A stretch of DNA of 63,330 nt, counting the filler, from Dimorphilus gyrociliatus (lineage: Eukaryota; Animalia; Annelida): the NCBI GenBank assembly GCA_904063045.1. It is 8 parts of 7 records of this genome, joined end to end, with 100 filler letters (N's around TTAATTAATTAA, not from the genome) between each part and the next. Parts side by side here need not be neighbours in the genome. Positions count along the whole stretch, not along the records: positions 58,563 to 61,460 come from CAJFCJ010000234.1; positions 61,561 to 63,330 come from CAJFCJ010000291.1; 6 more parts are not named here. One strand, given 5' to 3'. Positions 58,900-63,330 of this stretch are shown here, one piece after another. Positions within the stretch are counted from its first letter, which is position 1; every line of letters begins with the position of its first letter. The notes under the pieces were generated by a model. That model searched no databases and was not told where the DNA came from. It was given only the letters and a program-made list of their open reading frames with translations. The position numbers and the translations under genes are program-made.

Positions 58900-59521
58900 A
58901 GATGCAGATTAATAAATTGTAATTTTAATGTTAGGAAATCTGTTTTAAACAATTGGGAAAATGTTATACTAACTGGTTGTTTATTTCACTGGAATCAAGC
59001 TATTTATAGACAATTACAGGCGGAAAAATAAAATAAAATATATATTTAATCTATAGTTGTTAACTTTTTACGAACTTGGATATTCATCAGTTTCAAAAGA
59101 AAAAGGGTAGAATGGTTTAAAATGAGACAGATTATGGCATTACCATTTCTTCCAGATCACATAATTCCAAGAATTTGGAAGAATAAAAGATTACCTTCTA
59201 TCCATTATTAAACTTTGTGACTTATTAAAGTACTTTGAGAGAACTCGGATTATAGATAATATTTGGTCACCAAAGCAGTGGTCAGTGTATCAAAATGCAA
59301 CTAGAACTAATAATGATGTGGAAGAATTCTATAATTGATTAAATGGAAACTTAAGAGCAAATTCCTCATTCTATTCAGTAATAGACGAATTAATAAGAGA
59401 AGCAGATCTTATCAGAGAATACTATCAGAGAAAAAGATATTGAGGTATCAGAGAAAGTAATACAAAAATATGCAAAGTGAGATATTCATAATTTGGCAGA
59501 GATTTGATAGTGATGAGCTCT
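58900..59521 (+). pseudogene. C-terminal half of a MULE transposase, degraded
   Basis: LTGCLFHWNQAIYRQLQ, RQIMALPFLP, LKYFERT and WSVYQNATRTNNDVE, with stops and frameshifts. Confidence 0.75.
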
Positions 59522-59824
59522 CAAGATTGGAAAGGTTGGGCAGAATTCAAGATGGAAATATCCATCAACTGGAAGAACTAATCCAGATCTTGATGGAAGT
59601 ATATGGAGATTATAGAGACTGGAATGACTTGGGTAACAAACAGCTAGAGGCAATACTAGTGGTTGTGAGCAAGTTTAACAAGAGAGCCCGGCTAAGAGAA
59701 ATCAACAAGTAGACCTGTTGATGCGGCGTGACTACATAGACATGATAGCACATAGGACAATACTGGAAGGAGATGTACACAAGCTGACTGCCATGCTTTC
59801 CAAATTAGGATGGTCGATAACAGA

Positions 59825-60911
59825 AAAAATAGAATAGAAAAAAGCTGATAAAAAGGGTCTTTCACACATTTAAATGTGCCATCCATAAACCATATTTTAC
59901 CTTTACATAATAAATCAATTTGCTTTGTAGTTGAAAATATTAGTATTCTATCATTCTCCATTTGTATATCCATTTGTAAAAAATCATCAGGAATAAAAGT
60001 TCTAGCCAAATTGAAGTGAATACTTTGAGGTTCAGCTGGTCAAACTTTGTTCTTGTCCAATTTGCCAGTCTTGTACAATTATCTAGAGATGGAATAACTT
60101 CACTAGAACTACAATGTTTCACCAGAACATCTTCAGCTAAACATTTTCCTGAACTACTGATATCTTTATTACATACATTTTTTAGTTCATTCCTAATCAT
60201 TATTTTTTTTTTCCAGATCAGGTACTCTTTCATGAGAATGGGATAACTTTCCAGGATAAAAACTGTTCCCATGCTGACTAACTGTTGCTGAACATTTGTT
60301 TCTTTTGTTCCTAACACTGCATATCCAGAATGTTGTCTTGTTTCTTTTTTCTTTAATATTGTAGCAGAAATTGTTGAAAAGTAGCAAATCTTTTCCTTTC
60401 TGGCTCATTCCCTTTAAGATTTTAAATGAATAACTTTCTTTCTCACAATCTGATTTTGGAGAAACTATAAAAGAAACTTCCATCATATTATTTTGCTGAG
60501 CTGGAAGATCTTCAACTAAAACATTGTGTGATTCCATAATACTGCCATTTGTATCATTTCCACTTGAATTTCCACAATGATTTTCACAAATAATAGTTTG
60601 CTCATTTCTATTATTTACTGTATAAAAATTTGGTGTTTGACTTATTTTTTCATTAACAGATGCACTAGAAGGTAGCCTTTGCAATGTAACAATGCATTTC
60701 TTCATTGATATGTCACAGCAAATGTAACAATAAAATGATTGATCTGTGAAAAAACATAAAAGCATATTTGTAAGGATAGTGACAAAAAACTTAAACAAAC
60801 CTTTATATTCCAAACATTTCTTGTGTATTTTAAATAAAAGCAAAGCTGACATTTCTCATGATTCTGTCTTCCATATATTCTCTCTTCACAAATGTAACAA
60901 ATTGGTGCCAT
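59825..60911 (-). pseudogene. N-terminal half of a PHD-finger + FLYWCH + MULE transposase
   Basis: CYIC...CQLC../IHKKC...(intron)..YCYIC; SQKGKDLL...FWICS...CSATV...HSH; IFST...WFMDGTFK...FYQLFSI. Frameshifted. Confidence 0.78.
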
Positions 60912-61460
60912 GTTCAATTTGGAATCTCTTTTGATAATCAACTGTTTAAATTTAAAAATTAAACAATTAACAATAATGATAAACAAAATGGCTCCTATAA
61001 AAATAAAGCTAATTTAGAAATAAATCATTTCAACACAATATTCTATAACTTGCTGATATCAATTCTAAAGTTTGTGTTTTATCTGATGGTTTTCAATAGT
61101 GAAATATATTTCAAACTGCAAAAAATTCTGAAAAATTGTAGATGAAATGTGCACAATATACACTTTCCATGAAAAACATATAAGATCCCAGAACTGTTTC
61201 CTGTCTGGATTTCAAAATGGCTACCAAAAGTGATTGCATTATGGGAATGTATTGGATATATCTCAAAATCAATAATAATTTAAATTTGAGATAGTATTTT
61301 TTAATATTTTCTTCACATAGTGGATGTTTTCTCCATAATTCTTGTATAACATCTCTACAAAAAGTATATGAAAATTAAACTTTTACTTTTTAAAGATCAA
61401 AGGAAATTTCAAATCTCAAAAATGATGTTAGAAAGAAAAGTTTGTCATTTTTTTTAATGA

Positions 61461-61560
61461 NNNNNNNNNNNNNNNNNNNNNNNNNNNNNNNNNNNNNNNN
61501 NNNNTTAATTAATTAANNNNNNNNNNNNNNNNNNNNNNNNNNNNNNNNNNNNNNNNNNNN
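61461..61560. other. Artificial contig linker
   Basis: N44-TTAATTAATTAA-N44. Confidence 0.98.
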
Positions 61561-63326
61561 TACCAATAGGTTGCTGTATCAATAGGATGCAGACCAAATT
61601 AGTATAAAATTTTTTTTTTAATTATTTTAACCCCCTTTTATGGTAATACCCTTATGTATCAATAGGATGCAGACCAAATTACCATGAACTTTTTTTTAAT
61701 ATATAGGAGATTTTAGTATAAATTTTTTTTCAAAATCTCATTGTATCAATAGGATGCAGTAAAATTAATAGGAAATTTTTTATACTTATTTTAATATAAA
61801 AAAACATTTTTTAAATTTTTCAATAAAAATTTAATTATTATTAGATTGGTAATATCTCTTTATACGGTTTTTATGTACTATTTTGGTTGAACTACTTAGA
61901 TGATCCTTTATTATAATTGTATTATTATTAATGTTCTCAATAATAAAAATTTCATCATAATATAAATTCGATAAAGGTCTTCTTCTACTTTGAATGTTCA
62001 TATCAAAATCCTTTGCGAGTATTACGTTGTTTCCAATATCAAAATCACACCTAGCAATTCTCAAGTTATATTCATTGACATATCGATTAGCATAATTTAT
62101 AATTTGATGCCTTATATCATTTAATTCGGCGATTTTCTGTAGATTGAGGTTATTAGGACTATTGAAAGCACCTCTATAAATAAGAATGGTGTGTGCTTTG
62201 TAGCGCTGTGCTGTGAATTATTATACTCATATACAAGGCAATCCAGCTTATCAATCCATTTGTTACTTCCTAATAATAGTGATTTTTTAATCTTTTCTTT
62301 AATTGTTCTGTTGAATCTCTCTATCTGCCCTTGTGATTGTGGGTGTCTTGGTCTTCCATGAATCATTTCTATTCCCCAAACATTGCAAATTCCAGTCACC
62401 TCCTGATTAACAAACTCTCTGCCATTATCTGTATGAATAATATCAAATTTCCCTTCTGAATATAAGAACTTTGTTAGTATACGCGAGAAAGTTATGGCAG
62501 TTTTGTCCTTTGTGGCAAAAGAAAATGCAAATTTACTGAAGGTTTCAATTATATTAAATATATATCGATATCCATCGTTTTCATTCCTATATTGTGATAG
62601 GTCAACAAGATCTATCATTATTCGCTGCCTAAAATACTCTGGTACAATTGCTGTTATAGAGCTCTCTGGCTGGATTCTAGTGCTTCTTTGACATTTATCA
62701 CAACTTCGCACGAACTGAGCAATTTCATTGCTTTTAATCCCTAAATATGATCTACTTATATGATTTCTCATATCAACTATTCCAGAATGGCCAGTTCCAT
62801 GGGAAAGACGCAAAACAACCCTTTTTCTATAAAAATCATCAGATAAAATTATCTCTTTTTTTCATTATTTTTTTGATAGAATATTTTTCCATCAATATAG
62901 ACAAAATTTTGTACTTTTTTGAGAAATGAATTTTTTTTAGACCTATCGTTAAACTCAGGAATGCGTTTGGTTAAAAGATATGAAATGACGAGGTCTCTTT
63001 CTGCAATATTAGATATTCCAACCTGTTTACTCATTAAGGGACTTTTAATAATTAAATTTTTATTGAAAAAAGTTTAAAAAATGTTTTTTTATATTAAAAT
63101 AAGTATAAAAAATTTCCTATTAATTTTACTGCATCCTATTGATACAATGAGATTTTGAAAAAAAATTTATACTAAAATCTCCTATATATTAAAAAAAGTT
63201 CATGGTAATTTGGTCTGCATCCTATTGATACATAAGGGTATTACCATAAAAGGGGGTTAAAATAATTAAAAAAAAATTTATACTAATTTGGTCTGCATCC
63301 TATTGATACAGCAACCTATTGGTACA
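61561..63326 (-). mobile_element. Ginger-like DNA transposon with ~280-bp TIRs
   Basis: (TG)TACCAATAGGTTGCTGTATC... and ...GATACAGCAACCTATTGGTACA. The TIR motif GTATCAATAGGATGCAG occurs x3. Confidence 0.9.
61831..63034 (-). pseudogene. Integrase-type transposase with two frameshifts
   Basis: ORFs 62849-63034, 62121-62813 and 61831-62064: HGTGH...CDKC, IMIDLVD, IETFSKF, HTDNGREF and HGRPRHPQSQGQIERFNRT. Confidence 0.88.
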
Positions 63327-63330
63327 TAAC

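Overview
This is not one contiguous locus. It is an AT-rich eukaryotic pseudo-scaffold of eight segments joined by an artificial 100-nt linker (44 N + TTAATTAATTAA + 44 N), with one further real gap at 5540-6283. Segments 1-15720, 41446-53510 and 61561-63330 look microsporidian: intronless genes, a CCC-type motif just before the ATG, an Argonaute 5' end, orphan secreted proteins, and dense MULE, Merlin/ISXO2-like, Tc1 and TIR-flanked Gypsy-integrase (Ginger-like) transposons. Segments 15821-30615, 30716-41345, 53611-55920, 56021-58462 and 58563-61460 look metazoan (invertebrate), with short GT-AG introns. They carry a TRPA-like ankyrin channel, a PAN/apple exon, cadherin-like, F5/8C-like and SEA-domain genes, a caspase homolog lacking both catalytic residues, a DD35E Tc1 and a PHD-FLYWCH-MULE transposase. 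The most striking element is a Ty3/gypsy-type retroelement at 30716-37161 with the order RT-RNaseH-integrase-retropepsin-acidic linker-envelope. Its protease lies downstream of integrase and is fused to an intact 1061-codon ORF ending in a probable class III-like fusion glycoprotein, followed by a PPT and a 635-bp LTR. A related solo LTR with a 4-bp TSD confirms the LTR boundaries. All family assignments come from motif recognition by eye; no database searches were run.
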